Assembly (NCBI GenBank): GCA_934086935.1
Contig: CAKOIQ010000003.1
Span: 5,528-69,527, forward strand
Length of the DNA stretch: 64,000 nucleotides
Direction of reading: 5' to 3'
From: an uncultured Bacilli bacterium
GTDB taxonomy: Bacteria > Bacillota_I > Bacilli_A > RF39 > UBA660
In this document: piece by piece, positions 48,993 to 57,982 of the stretch
Numbering within the stretch: position 1 is the first letter of the stretch
How the letters are laid out: each line of letters starts with the position of its first letter
Made by a program: the position numbers and the translations under genes
Notes under the pieces: model-generated
What the model was told of the DNA's origin: nothing
The model's database searches: none
Seen by the model: the letters and a program-made list of their open reading frames with translations, nothing else

Positions 48993-50363
48993 CTAATTAA
49001 CAATTTTATTTTTAATTTCTTCTAATGTTTCTTTAAGTTCCATATTTGTTTTTAATTCAGTACTAATTTTTTCATAAGCGTGTAATACAGTTGAATGATC
49101 TCTATTACCAAATTCTAATCCAATTTTTACAATTGTTTCTTCAGTTGTCATTCTGCATAAATAGATTGCTACTTGTCTTGGATAATTTATATTTGCTGTT
49201 CTTTTTTTACTTTTTAAGTCCTCTACCGTTATTTTATAATAATCTGCAACTGCTTTTTGAATTCTTTGAATATCATTTGTTATATATATAGACTTACCTA
49301 AGTAATCTTTAAGTGCTTCAACGGCAAATTCCAAATTAATTTCTTTAGGACCCATCATGGCTGCATATGCATAAAGTCTTGTTATTGCCCCTTCAAGGTG
49401 TCTTACGTCATTTTCACAATTTGAAGCAATATATTCTATAACGTCATTATTTACTAATCTAGCTACTTCATGTCCTGTCATTTTTGCTTTTAAAATTTTA
49501 CATCTTAATTCAAAATCTGGTGGATCAATGTTAACCGTTAATCCCCATCTAAATCTTGTTAATAGTCTATCTTCTAAGTACTTAAGATCATCTGGCGATT
49601 TATCGGAACTTATTATTATTTGTTTATTAGAGTCATATAGTGTTGTAAAAGTGTGGAAAAATTCTTGTTGAGATTTTGCTGCTCCTGACAGAAATTGAAT
49701 ATCATCTATCATTAAAATATCTATATTTCGATATTTTTCTTTGAAATGGTCGATAATATCATTATTATTATCACTTTCATCTTTAAAGTCTTTACGGTTA
49801 ATACCAATAAAATCTGAAATAAATTCTTCACTTGTTACATATAGTACGGTTTTATTTGTATGACTTTCTATATAGTTTCCGATTGCGTGCATTAAATGAG
49901 TTTTACCAAGTCCACTTTTTCCATAGATAAACAAAGGGTTATAAATTTTTCCTGGTTGTTCAGCCACGGCAAGTGCTGCTGTTTGAGCGAAACGATTACT
50001 ATCACCAATAACAAAGTTTTCAAATGTATATTTTTCAGTTAAATTAGAATTAATTTTCTTATATTGTTTATCAACTATATTTAAATTGCTGCTATTTTCA
50101 GGACTTTCATCCACAGCTTTTTTAGTAATAAAATTAAGATTGTAATTTTCACCTGTTGTTGCAAATACTATTTCATGAATAAAATCATAATAATATTGAT
50201 TTAAATAATCTGAAGTGAAAACTGAATCTGCTTCGATATTCATTGTAATACCTTCAATAGATTTTAATTTAGTTTCTGCAAACCAGGAATTAAATGATAT
50301 ATCTGGTACTTTACTTTGAATAACATTTAAAACATTAGTCCATAGTTCATCATAATTATGCAT
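48993..50363 (-). CDS. dnaA: chromosomal replication initiator DnaA
   Basis: NPLFIYGKSGLGKTHL (Walker A), LMIDDIQFL, an AAA+ sensor region and C-terminal DNA-binding domain ...RQVAIYLCR..T..S...IG..FG.RDHSTVLHA. Start trimmed to MHNYDELWTNV (ATG 50363, GGTGGGTGAGGA upstream). The 39-aa ORF-track extension reads through origin DNA. Confidence 0.97.
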   Translation of the reverse strand: MHNYDELWTNVLNVIQSKVPDISFNSWFAETKLKSIEGITMNIEADSVFTSDYLNQYYYDFIHEIVFATTGENYNLNFITKKAVDESPENSSNLNIVDKQYKKINSNLTEKYTFENFVIGDSNRFAQTAALAVAEQPGKIYNPLFIYGKSGLGKTHLMHAIGNYIESHTNKTVLYVTSEEFISDFIGINRKDFKDESDNNNDIIDHFKEKYRNIDILMIDDIQFLSGAAKSQQEFFHTFTTLYDSNKQIIISSDKSPDDLKYLEDRLLTRFRWGLTVNIDPPDFELRCKILKAKMTGHEVARLVNNDVIEYIASNCENDVRHLEGAITRLYAYAAMMGPKEINLEFAVEALKDYLGKSIYITNDIQRIQKAVADYYKITVEDLKSKKRTANINYPRQVAIYLCRMTTEETIVKIGLEFGNRDHSTVLHAYEKISTELKTNMELKETLEEIKNKIVN

Positions 50364-50648
50364 TTCCTCACCCACCTTAGTTTGCTTTCTTAAGTTAATT
50401 TTAAAACAATCCTGTGGAAAAATAAAGAATAAAAATAAAAAAAATGGTTTTCCAAAGTTTTTCCACACAATTATCAACAAAATTTATCTTATTTTACCGC
50501 ATCAAAAATACTTTTTCAACAATTTCCACAAAATAAAATTAACATAAATTTTAATAATCCACATTTTCCATTTTTGTAAATAAAATATTTAGATATTTGA
50601 TATTTTTTAAAATTGTTATTTTGTTAATTAGTGAATATTATATTTATG
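50364..50648. other. oriC: DnaA-box cluster and AT-rich region upstream of dnaA
   Basis: DnaA-box variants: TGTGGAAAA 50413-50421, TTTTCCACA 50459-50467, TTATCAACA 50471-50479, ATTTCCACA 50522-50530 and TAATCCACA 50565-50573 (consensus TTATCCACA). An almost pure A/T stretch follows at about 50575-50645. The coding strand switches here. Confidence 0.75.
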
Positions 50649-50649
50649 G

Positions 50650-50678
50650 TTGACTTAAAAAAGTTTATATAATATAAT
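50650..50678 (+). promoter_or_regulatory. sigma-A promoter of rpmH-rnpA
   Basis: TTGACT, 17 nt, TATAAT, about 30 nt upstream of the rpmH ATG. Confidence 0.55.
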
Positions 50679-50708
50679 AAGAGCGCCGATTGAAATGGAG
50701 GTGTGAAA

Positions 50709-50831
50709 ATGAAAAGAACATTTCAACCAAATAATCGTAAAGCAAAGAAAAAACAAGGATTTTTTGCTAGAATGAAAACTAAAATTTTAAATAATCGTAG
50801 AAGAAAAGGACGCAAAAGATTAAGTAAGTAG
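50709..50831 (+). CDS. rpmH: 50S ribosomal protein L34
   Basis: Own translation MKRTFQPNNRKAKKKQGFFARMKTKILNNRRRKGRKRLSK*, RBS GGAGG. Below the ORF-track length cut-off. Confidence 0.95.
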   Translation: MKRTFQPNNRKAKKKQGFFARMKTKILNNRRRKGRKRLSK

Positions 50832-50868
50832 GCCACGTTATGTGGTTTTTATTCTAATTGGAGGAAAT

Positions 50869-51195
50869 ATGAATAATGACATTAGAGTAAAAGATAAAAG
50901 AGAATTTGAAGAAATTTTATTTAATGGCAAGAAAATAAAAAATAATTACTATATTATATATTATAAGGAAAGAAAAACTGATTCTTCAAGATATGGAATT
51001 ACTTTTGCTAAAAAATTTGGTAAAGCTTATAAACGAAATTTGTTTAAAAGAAGATTAAGGGAAATTATTAGAATTAATCAAAATATGTTTTCAAAAGACT
51101 TTGATTATATTATAATAATAAGGAAATATTGTGATGTTTTAGATTATCAAGAAATGAATGATTTCTTTGTTAACTTGATGAAAGAGGCGAAATAA
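50869..51195 (+). CDS. rnpA: ribonuclease P protein component
   Basis: Basic protein with R.G.+..KK.G.A..RN..KR..RE (RNR-like motif). Follows rpmH. The ATG at 50869 after GGAGG is preferred over the GTG at 50842. Confidence 0.9.
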   Translation: MNNDIRVKDKREFEEILFNGKKIKNNYYIIYYKERKTDSSRYGITFAKKFGKAYKRNLFKRRLREIIRINQNMFSKDFDYIIIIRKYCDVLDYQEMNDFFVNLMKEAK

Positions 51196-52124
51196 TGAAA
51201 ATAAAAAAAATAATATTAATCTTTCTTACTTGTTTTTGTTTAACTGGATGTACAAAGTATATAAGTGACGATAATAATAAAAGAGTAATTAATGAAGAAA
51301 CTGGTCAAAGTTTACCTTCAAATATATTATGTAAACCAACAACCAGTGAATTAGATGAAATTTATAATAAATATAAAGATAAATTGGAAGTAGATTTGAA
51401 TAAGCTTCCAGAATGTGAAAATTTAAAATATTATGATTCTAATAATTACAATGGTTTATGGGTACAATTAATTGTTATGCCACTTGCTTGGTTAATTATT
51501 AAAATTGGTAATTTTTTAGGTAACTATGGTTTATCTGTTATGGCTGTAGGGTTACTTATAAGAATTATATTAATTCCATTTACTAGAAAAACAATTAAAC
51601 AATCAGAAAATATGAAAAAAGCTCAACCAGAAATGGAAAGACTTGAAAAGAAATATGCCAATAAAAATGATCAAGAATCATTAATGATGAAGAGTCAAGA
51701 AATGATGATGATTTATAAAAAATATAATATTAGTCCTTTTGGTAGTTGCTTAATCTCATTTATTCAACTTCCTTTATTCTTTGGATTCTTAGAAGCCATA
51801 AATAGAATACCAGCAATATTTGAAGGTGATTTAGGTGCTTATCAATTAGGTACTACGCCTTTAATTGGTATTAAATCGGGTAATTATTTCTATATTGTAT
51901 TAATCTTATTAATTATTTTAACAACATATTTATCATTTAAATTTAGTATGAGTTCTATGGGTAATGCAGCTCAACAAAAACAAATGAAAATGATGACTGG
52001 ATTTATGTTAGTATTTATTTCAATTGCATCATTTAGCTTACCAACTGCCATTGCTTTATATTGGGTAGTAACTAATGGATTCAGTGTTGTTCAAAATTTA
52101 ATTATGAAAAGAGGTAAAATGTAG
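51195..52124 (+). CDS. yidC: membrane protein insertase YidC/SpoIIIJ (lipoprotein type)
   Basis: Lipobox LTGC, five TM helices and conserved ...P+..+Q..S...M...QPEM..++.KY... Confidence 0.92.
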   Translation: MKIKKIILIFLTCFCLTGCTKYISDDNNKRVINEETGQSLPSNILCKPTTSELDEIYNKYKDKLEVDLNKLPECENLKYYDSNNYNGLWVQLIVMPLAWLIIKIGNFLGNYGLSVMAVGLLIRIILIPFTRKTIKQSENMKKAQPEMERLEKKYANKNDQESLMMKSQEMMMIYKKYNISPFGSCLISFIQLPLFFGFLEAINRIPAIFEGDLGAYQLGTTPLIGIKSGNYFYIVLILLIILTTYLSFKFSMSSMGNAAQQKQMKMMTGFMLVFISIASFSLPTAIALYWVVTNGFSVVQNLIMKRGKM

Positions 52125-52125
52125 T

Positions 52126-52737
52126 ATGGAAGTATATGTTTATGAAGGAAAAAAAGAAGAAGAGGTTTTAACAAAAGCTTTAACTGATTTAAATGTCACT
52201 GAAAATGATATTTTGTTAAAGAAAGAAAAAAATAAAGGTGGATTATTTAAATCAGAAACATATAAATTAACTATTGTTAAAATAACTGATATACAAGAAG
52301 AAATAAAAACATTTTTAAAAGATTTATTAAATAAAATGGATATTGACGTAACATTTGAATCTAATATAAGAGAAAAACAAATTACAATTAAAATGTTTTC
52401 TGATAATAATGCAATTTTAATTGGTAAAAATGGTCAAACTTTAAGTGCTTTATCAACTATAGTTAAACAATATATTTATAATCAAATTGGACAATATCCA
52501 TATATAAATTTGGATGTTGAAAACTATAAAGATAAACAAGTTATGCATTTAGAAAGACTAGCTAAGAATATCGCTAGAGAAGTTAGAAGTACTAAACAAC
52601 CAGTAACTATGGAAAATATGAATTCTTATGAAAGAAGAATTGTTCATAATGTATTAACTAATTTTAAAGGCGTTATTACTGAAAGTGAAGGCGTTGAACC
52701 TAATAGACATGTTGTTGTAAAGCCAATGGAGGATTAA
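52126..52737 (+). CDS. jag: Jag/KhpB RNA-binding protein (Jag_N, KH, R3H)
   Basis: KH GxxG (IGKNGQT) and R3H (SYERRIVHNVL) motifs, with yidC-jag synteny. Confidence 0.9.
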   Translation: MEVYVYEGKKEEEVLTKALTDLNVTENDILLKKEKNKGGLFKSETYKLTIVKITDIQEEIKTFLKDLLNKMDIDVTFESNIREKQITIKMFSDNNAILIGKNGQTLSALSTIVKQYIYNQIGQYPYINLDVENYKDKQVMHLERLAKNIAREVRSTKQPVTMENMNSYERRIVHNVLTNFKGVITESEGVEPNRHVVVKPMED

Positions 52738-52800
52738 TTCCTCTTTTTATTTTCATTAAAATCAATGTGTGTTATAATACGTGCGAAAGAAGGAAATATT

Positions 52801-54156
52801 ATGAATTCAACAATATGCGCAATCTCAACTGCAACTGGAGTTGGAGCAATATCTATTATTAGATGTAGTGGACCAAGTGCGATTGAAATTGTAAATTCAG
52901 TTTTTAAAGGAAAAGATTTAACTAAAGTTTTATCACATACTATAAATTATGGACATATCATTTATAATAATGAAATAATAGATGAAGTATTAGTTTCAGT
53001 AATGAGAGCTCCAAAAACTTTTACAACCGAAGATATTGTTGAAATAAATAGTCATGGTGGACCAGCAACTACTAATAAAATTTTAGAAGTTTTATTGCTT
53101 TCTGGTTGTAAGTTAGCAGAACCAGGAGAATTTACCAAAAGAGCATTTTTAAATGGAAGAATTGATTTATTGGAGGCTGAAGCAGTTGGTGATTTAATAA
53201 ATGCAGAAACTGATAAATCAAGAAAATTAGCTATTAATCAATTAAATGGATCTTTAACTTCTAAAATTCAAGAACTAAGAAAAGATATAATTGATTTACA
53301 AGCAAATATTGAAGTAAATATAGATTTTCCCGAATATGAAGAAGGAGAAGACTATACTAAAGAAAGTATAAAACCAAAACTTATAAGTTTAAGTGATTCA
53401 ATAAATGATTTATTAAAAAATGCTGAAAATAGTAAATTAATAAAACAAGGAATCGACATTGCGTTAGTTGGAAAACCAAATGTAGGTAAGAGCAGTATTT
53501 TAAATGCATTTTTAGAAGAGGAAAAGGCTATTGTAACTTCTATACCAGGAACAACAAGAGATATAGTAGAAGGCAGAGTTGTTCTTAATGGAATTATTTT
53601 AAATTTAATAGATACTGCTGGTATTAGACAAACTGACGATGTTGTTGAAAAAATTGGTGTAGAAAAGAGTATTAATATTTCTGAAAATTCCGATTTAAAT
53701 ATTTTTGTTTGTGATAATTCGACTGAACTTACAAATGAAGAAATTGAAATTTTAAATAAATTAGATTCAAAAAAATTAATTATTTTTATTAATAAATCAG
53801 ATTTAGCTTCAAAAATTGATTTAAAAAAGATAGATGGATATAACGTTGTTTTTGGAAACACTAAGGATAAAAACGGACTTGAACAATTAAAGAAAAAAAT
53901 TACAGAATTATTTAATTTAAATGTGATTGAACATTCAGATTATACGTTCTTATCTAATGCTAGACAAATTTCTTTAATTAAAAGAGTTAAATTAATAATT
54001 AATAATATAATTGATTCATTAAATAATGATTTACCTATAGATGTTTTTACAATTGATTTAAGGGATGCGTATGATCTTTTAGGTGAAATAATCGGTGAAA
54101 CGTATAAAGATGATTTATTAGATGAATTATTTTCAAAGTTTTGCTTAGGAAAGTAG
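52801..54156 (+). CDS. mnmE: tRNA modification GTPase MnmE
   Basis: TICAISTA.G.GAISIIR, G-domain GKPNVGKSS / DTAG / NKSD and C-terminal CLGK. Start trimmed to the ATG at 52801 (GAAGGA upstream). Confidence 0.95.
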   Translation: MNSTICAISTATGVGAISIIRCSGPSAIEIVNSVFKGKDLTKVLSHTINYGHIIYNNEIIDEVLVSVMRAPKTFTTEDIVEINSHGGPATTNKILEVLLLSGCKLAEPGEFTKRAFLNGRIDLLEAEAVGDLINAETDKSRKLAINQLNGSLTSKIQELRKDIIDLQANIEVNIDFPEYEEGEDYTKESIKPKLISLSDSINDLLKNAENSKLIKQGIDIALVGKPNVGKSSILNAFLEEEKAIVTSIPGTTRDIVEGRVVLNGIILNLIDTAGIRQTDDVVEKIGVEKSINISENSDLNIFVCDNSTELTNEEIEILNKLDSKKLIIFINKSDLASKIDLKKIDGYNVVFGNTKDKNGLEQLKKKITELFNLNVIEHSDYTFLSNARQISLIKRVKLIINNIIDSLNNDLPIDVFTIDLRDAYDLLGEIIGETYKDDLLDELFSKFCLGK

Positions 54157-54164
54157 TGATATAA

Positions 54165-56033
54165 ATGAAATTTGATATTATTGTTGTAGGTGGTGGACAT
54201 GCTGGATGTGAAGCTTCTAATGCTAGTGCAAAAATGGGACTTAAAACAGCTTTAGTTACCGCTAATATAAAGAATATTGCTGATATGCCTTGTAATCCTT
54301 CAATAGGTGGTACTGCCAAAGGTATTGTAGTAAGAGAAATTGATGCGATGGGTGGATTGATGGGTAAAGTCGCTGATAAAACTCATATTCAAATTAAAAT
54401 GTTAAATAATGCTAAGGGTCCAGCTGTAAGATCATTAAGAGCTCAAGCAGATAAGATTACTTATCCAAAAGAAATGTTAAAAGAGTTACAATCTTTAGAG
54501 AATTTAACAATTATCGAAGGTATGGTAGAAGATTTAATTGTTGAAAATAATATTATTGAAGGTATCGTTTTAGAAAATGGAACTGAAATATATTGTAAGG
54601 CTTTAATTCTTACGACAGGAACATATTTAAAGAGTAAAATATTAATTGGAGCTGAACATAAAGATGAAGGCCCTCATGGTGAAAGAAGATCTAAATTTTT
54701 AAGTGATAAATTAAAACAATTAGGATTTGAAATTCAAAGATTAAAAACTGGTACTCCACAAAGAATTGAAAGAAGTTCAATTGATTTTAGTGTGTTAAAA
54801 CCTGAGTGTGGTGATGATTGTTATTGGACTTTTAGTTTTGATAATCCTCCTTATTATGATAAAGATAAACAAGAAAAATGTTATATTGTTTATACTAATG
54901 AAAAAACTCATCAAATTATAAGGGATAATCTTTCAAAATCTGCTATGTATGGTGGGTATGCTGAAGGAATAGGTCCAAGATATTGTCCTTCAATTGAAGA
55001 TAAAGTTGTTAGATTTGCTGATAAAGAAAGACATCAATTATTTTTAGAACCAGAAAGTTTATATTATGATGATATATATTTACAGGGATTTTCAACTAGT
55101 ATGCCTTATGATGTTCAAGAATTAATGGTTCATAGTTTACATGGATTAGAACATGCAATTATAAAAAAATATGCTTATGCAATAGAATACGATGCTATAA
55201 ATCCATTACAGTTAAAACCATCTTTGGAAACTAAAGTAATTAATAATTTATTTACAGCTGGACAAATTAATGGTACTTCTGGTTATGAAGAAGCTGCTGG
55301 TCAAGGATTAATAGCTGGAATTAATGCTGGATTAAAGATTCAAGGTAAAAATCCTTTAATTTTAAAAAGAAATGAATCTTATATTGGGGTTTTAATTGAT
55401 GATTTAGTTACAAAGGGTACAAAAGAACCTTATAGATTATTAACTTCTCGTGCAGAATATAGATTACTTTTACGTCATGATAATGCTGATTTAAGACTAA
55501 GAAGATATGGATATGAAGCAGGTACAATAAGTAAAGAACAAATTGAAGTATTAGATAAAAAAATAGCTGATATAAATGAATTAAGTGATTATTTAAAAAG
55601 TATAAGAGTTACTCAAAATAGTTTACCTGATAATTTAAAAAATAAATATTCTATAGAACTTAAAAATGGGGTAACTTTATATGAATTACTTAGAAGACCA
55701 GAAATCAAATTGCAGGATTTAATTGATAATAATATGCTTAATAAAGAATATTCTCCTTTAGTTTATGAACAAGTGGAATTTGCAGTAAAATATGAAGGAT
55801 ATATAAAGAAAGAAGAAATTGAGGTACAAAAGTTATTAAAATTAGAAGAAAAACAAATTCCTCAAGATATAGATTATGATAATGTGAAAAATTTAGCTTC
55901 AGAAGCTAAACAAAAATTAAAACTTGTAAAACCATTAACTTTAGCTCAAGCTTCAAGAATAAGTGGTGTTAATCCTGTTGATATATCAATATTAGCTATA
56001 TATTTAAAAAAGGAATATAATCAAAATGACTAA
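54165..56033 (+). CDS. mnmG: tRNA uridine-5-carboxymethylaminomethyl synthesis enzyme MnmG (GidA)
   Basis: FAD motif VVGGGHAGCEA, GPRYCPSIEDK and TSRAEYRLLLR. Confidence 0.97.
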   Translation: MKFDIIVVGGGHAGCEASNASAKMGLKTALVTANIKNIADMPCNPSIGGTAKGIVVREIDAMGGLMGKVADKTHIQIKMLNNAKGPAVRSLRAQADKITYPKEMLKELQSLENLTIIEGMVEDLIVENNIIEGIVLENGTEIYCKALILTTGTYLKSKILIGAEHKDEGPHGERRSKFLSDKLKQLGFEIQRLKTGTPQRIERSSIDFSVLKPECGDDCYWTFSFDNPPYYDKDKQEKCYIVYTNEKTHQIIRDNLSKSAMYGGYAEGIGPRYCPSIEDKVVRFADKERHQLFLEPESLYYDDIYLQGFSTSMPYDVQELMVHSLHGLEHAIIKKYAYAIEYDAINPLQLKPSLETKVINNLFTAGQINGTSGYEEAAGQGLIAGINAGLKIQGKNPLILKRNESYIGVLIDDLVTKGTKEPYRLLTSRAEYRLLLRHDNADLRLRRYGYEAGTISKEQIEVLDKKIADINELSDYLKSIRVTQNSLPDNLKNKYSIELKNGVTLYELLRRPEIKLQDLIDNNMLNKEYSPLVYEQVEFAVKYEGYIKKEEIEVQKLLKLEEKQIPQDIDYDNVKNLASEAKQKLKLVKPLTLAQASRISGVNPVDISILAIYLKKEYNQND

Positions 56034-56730
56034 GGAAGAATTTTTTAATATAATAAATGAATTAAATATTGTATTAAATGATAAACAAAAACAGCAATTT
56101 GAGTTATATTGTAAATTATTATTAGAATATAATACTCATACTAATATTACAGCAATTAGAGAGGAAATTGGAGTTTATTTAAAACATTTTTATGATTCTT
56201 TAACATTAGTAAAAGTTTTTGATTTTAATCATGAATATTCAGTTTTAGATGTAGGGTCTGGTGGTGGATTTCCAGGTTTAGTTTTAGCAATAGCTTTTCC
56301 AAATTTAAAATTAACACTTTTAGATAGTAACCATAAAAAATCAGATTTTCAAAAATATATTGTTTCTGAATTAAATCTTAATAATGTGACAATTGTTAAT
56401 GATAGAGCAGAATCTTTCTTTAAAGAAAATATAAAGTATGATGTAGTTGTAGCGAGAGCTGTTGCTAATCTTTCAATATTATCTGAATTATGTATTCCTT
56501 TTGTTAAACTTTCTGGATATTTTTTAGCTATGAAAGGTGATTTTGCTGATGAATATAATAATAGTATTGGTGCTATAACTAAATTAGGTGGAATAGTAGA
56601 AACTAAATTTGATTTTAATTTACCATTAACAAATGATAAAAGAAGTATTATAAAGATTAAAAAAATAAAAGAAACTCCTAAAGAGTTTCCAAGAGTGTAT
56701 GACAAAATAATTAAAAGACCATTGAAATAA
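56026..56730 (+). CDS. rsmG: 16S rRNA (guanine527-N7)-methyltransferase RsmG (GidB)
   Basis: LDVGSGGGFPGL SAM motif and ARAVA motif. Overlaps mnmG by 8 nt. Confidence 0.93.
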   Translation: MTKEEFFNIINELNIVLNDKQKQQFELYCKLLLEYNTHTNITAIREEIGVYLKHFYDSLTLVKVFDFNHEYSVLDVGSGGGFPGLVLAIAFPNLKLTLLDSNHKKSDFQKYIVSELNLNNVTIVNDRAESFFKENIKYDVVVARAVANLSILSELCIPFVKLSGYFLAMKGDFADEYNNSIGAITKLGGIVETKFDFNLPLTNDKRSIIKIKKIKETPKEFPRVYDKIIKRPLK

Positions 56731-56779
56731 ATTTTAAAATAATGTATTATTGTATTAGAATAGGAAGGTTATTTTTAAT

Positions 56780-57961
56780 ATGGAGTCACAAGTTCAAAAT
56801 GTTAATATTGATTTAATTATACCAAATAGATTTCAACCAAGATTAGCCTTTGATGAAAAAGCATTGAATGATTTAGCTGAATCTATTAAACAACATGGAA
56901 TTATTCAACCTTTAGTTGTTAGACAATTAGCCGGTAGGTATGAAATTATAGCAGGAGAAAGAAGATATAAGGCAGCAATTATAGCTGGTTTACAGAGTGT
57001 ACCAGTAATTGTTACAAGTTTGTCTGATGCTAAAAGTGAAGAAGTGGCTTTAGTTGAAAATATACAAAGAAAAAATTTAAGTTCTATTGAAGAAGCAAGA
57101 TCTTATAAAAGAATGTTAGACAAAGATAATTTAACTCAAGAGCAATTAGCAAAAAAATTAGGTTTATCTCAGTCAACAATTGCTAATAGATTAAGATTAT
57201 TAAACTTAAGTGATAACGTTCAAAATGCATTATTAAAAGAAAAAATAAGTGAACGACATGCAAGAAGCTTACTTCAAATTAATGATAAGTTACAACAGGA
57301 CGAGATTTTAAATAAAATAATTACTGAAAGATTAACCGTTAGACAATTAGATGAGTTAATTAAAAATAGATTAGATTCAAATGTCACTGAACCGGAAATG
57401 CCAGTTAAACAAGATATTGTACCAAATGAAGTAGCAAAGTCAGAACCTGAATTGTTACCGATTGAAAGTTTAGATACAACTTTAAATAGTCAATCTGAAT
57501 CTTTAGAAAACGTGTCAGATTTAGATGTAAATTCAACTGCATCAAGCGAAGATTTAAATGGAGAAGATAAATCTGCTACTGATGAAGAACCAATGAATAA
57601 TATTTTGAGTTTTTTACAAAGCTTTAATAATTCAACTCCATCATTAGATGATGAGCCGGCAAACCTTCAAACATTTGATGATGATATCTTCAATGAAGGA
57701 CATAATGTTGATGACTCAGTTGAAGAAGCAAAAGATTCTTCAGAAGTGTTGGATTTAGATAATATTAAAAATTCAAGTGTATCAGATGAAAATCAAGTAA
57801 AACCGGATAATAGTCCAATAATTATATCGGGAGATATAAATTCTTTAAAGAAAGCATATCATGATTTACAAGATGAAGCAGAAAAAGCAGGTTTTAAAAT
57901 CAGTATGGAAGATTTTGATTTTGAAGATTTATATCAAATGATTATTAAGATTGATAAGTAG
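56780..57961 (+). CDS. ParB/Noc-family CTP-dependent DNA-binding protein (ParB vs Noc unresolved)
   Basis: 393 aa. IPNRFQPR, GIIQPLVVR, GERRYKAA (ParB box / CTP pocket) and HTH LTQEQLAKKLGLSQSTIANRLRLL. An acidic low-complexity linker of about 145 aa follows, then a C-terminal dimerisation-like segment. No parA/soj gene is adjacent. Confidence 0.85.
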   Translation: MESQVQNVNIDLIIPNRFQPRLAFDEKALNDLAESIKQHGIIQPLVVRQLAGRYEIIAGERRYKAAIIAGLQSVPVIVTSLSDAKSEEVALVENIQRKNLSSIEEARSYKRMLDKDNLTQEQLAKKLGLSQSTIANRLRLLNLSDNVQNALLKEKISERHARSLLQINDKLQQDEILNKIITERLTVRQLDELIKNRLDSNVTEPEMPVKQDIVPNEVAKSEPELLPIESLDTTLNSQSESLENVSDLDVNSTASSEDLNGEDKSATDEEPMNNILSFLQSFNNSTPSLDDEPANLQTFDDDIFNEGHNVDDSVEEAKDSSEVLDLDNIKNSSVSDENQVKPDNSPIIISGDINSLKKAYHDLQDEAEKAGFKISMEDFDFEDLYQMIIKIDK

Positions 57962-57982
57962 GTTATTTAATAACTTACTTTT

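Noticed and set aside
50364-50480. N-terminal extensions in the ORF track: dnaA (+39 aa), comK-like (+26 aa, 47654-47731), rubrerythrin (+17), mnmE (+12), metG (+10), yabG (+9) and rnpA (+9).
   Set aside because: In each case the conserved protein N-terminus begins at an internal ATG preceded by a good Shine-Dalgarno. The extensions run through promoter or origin DNA.
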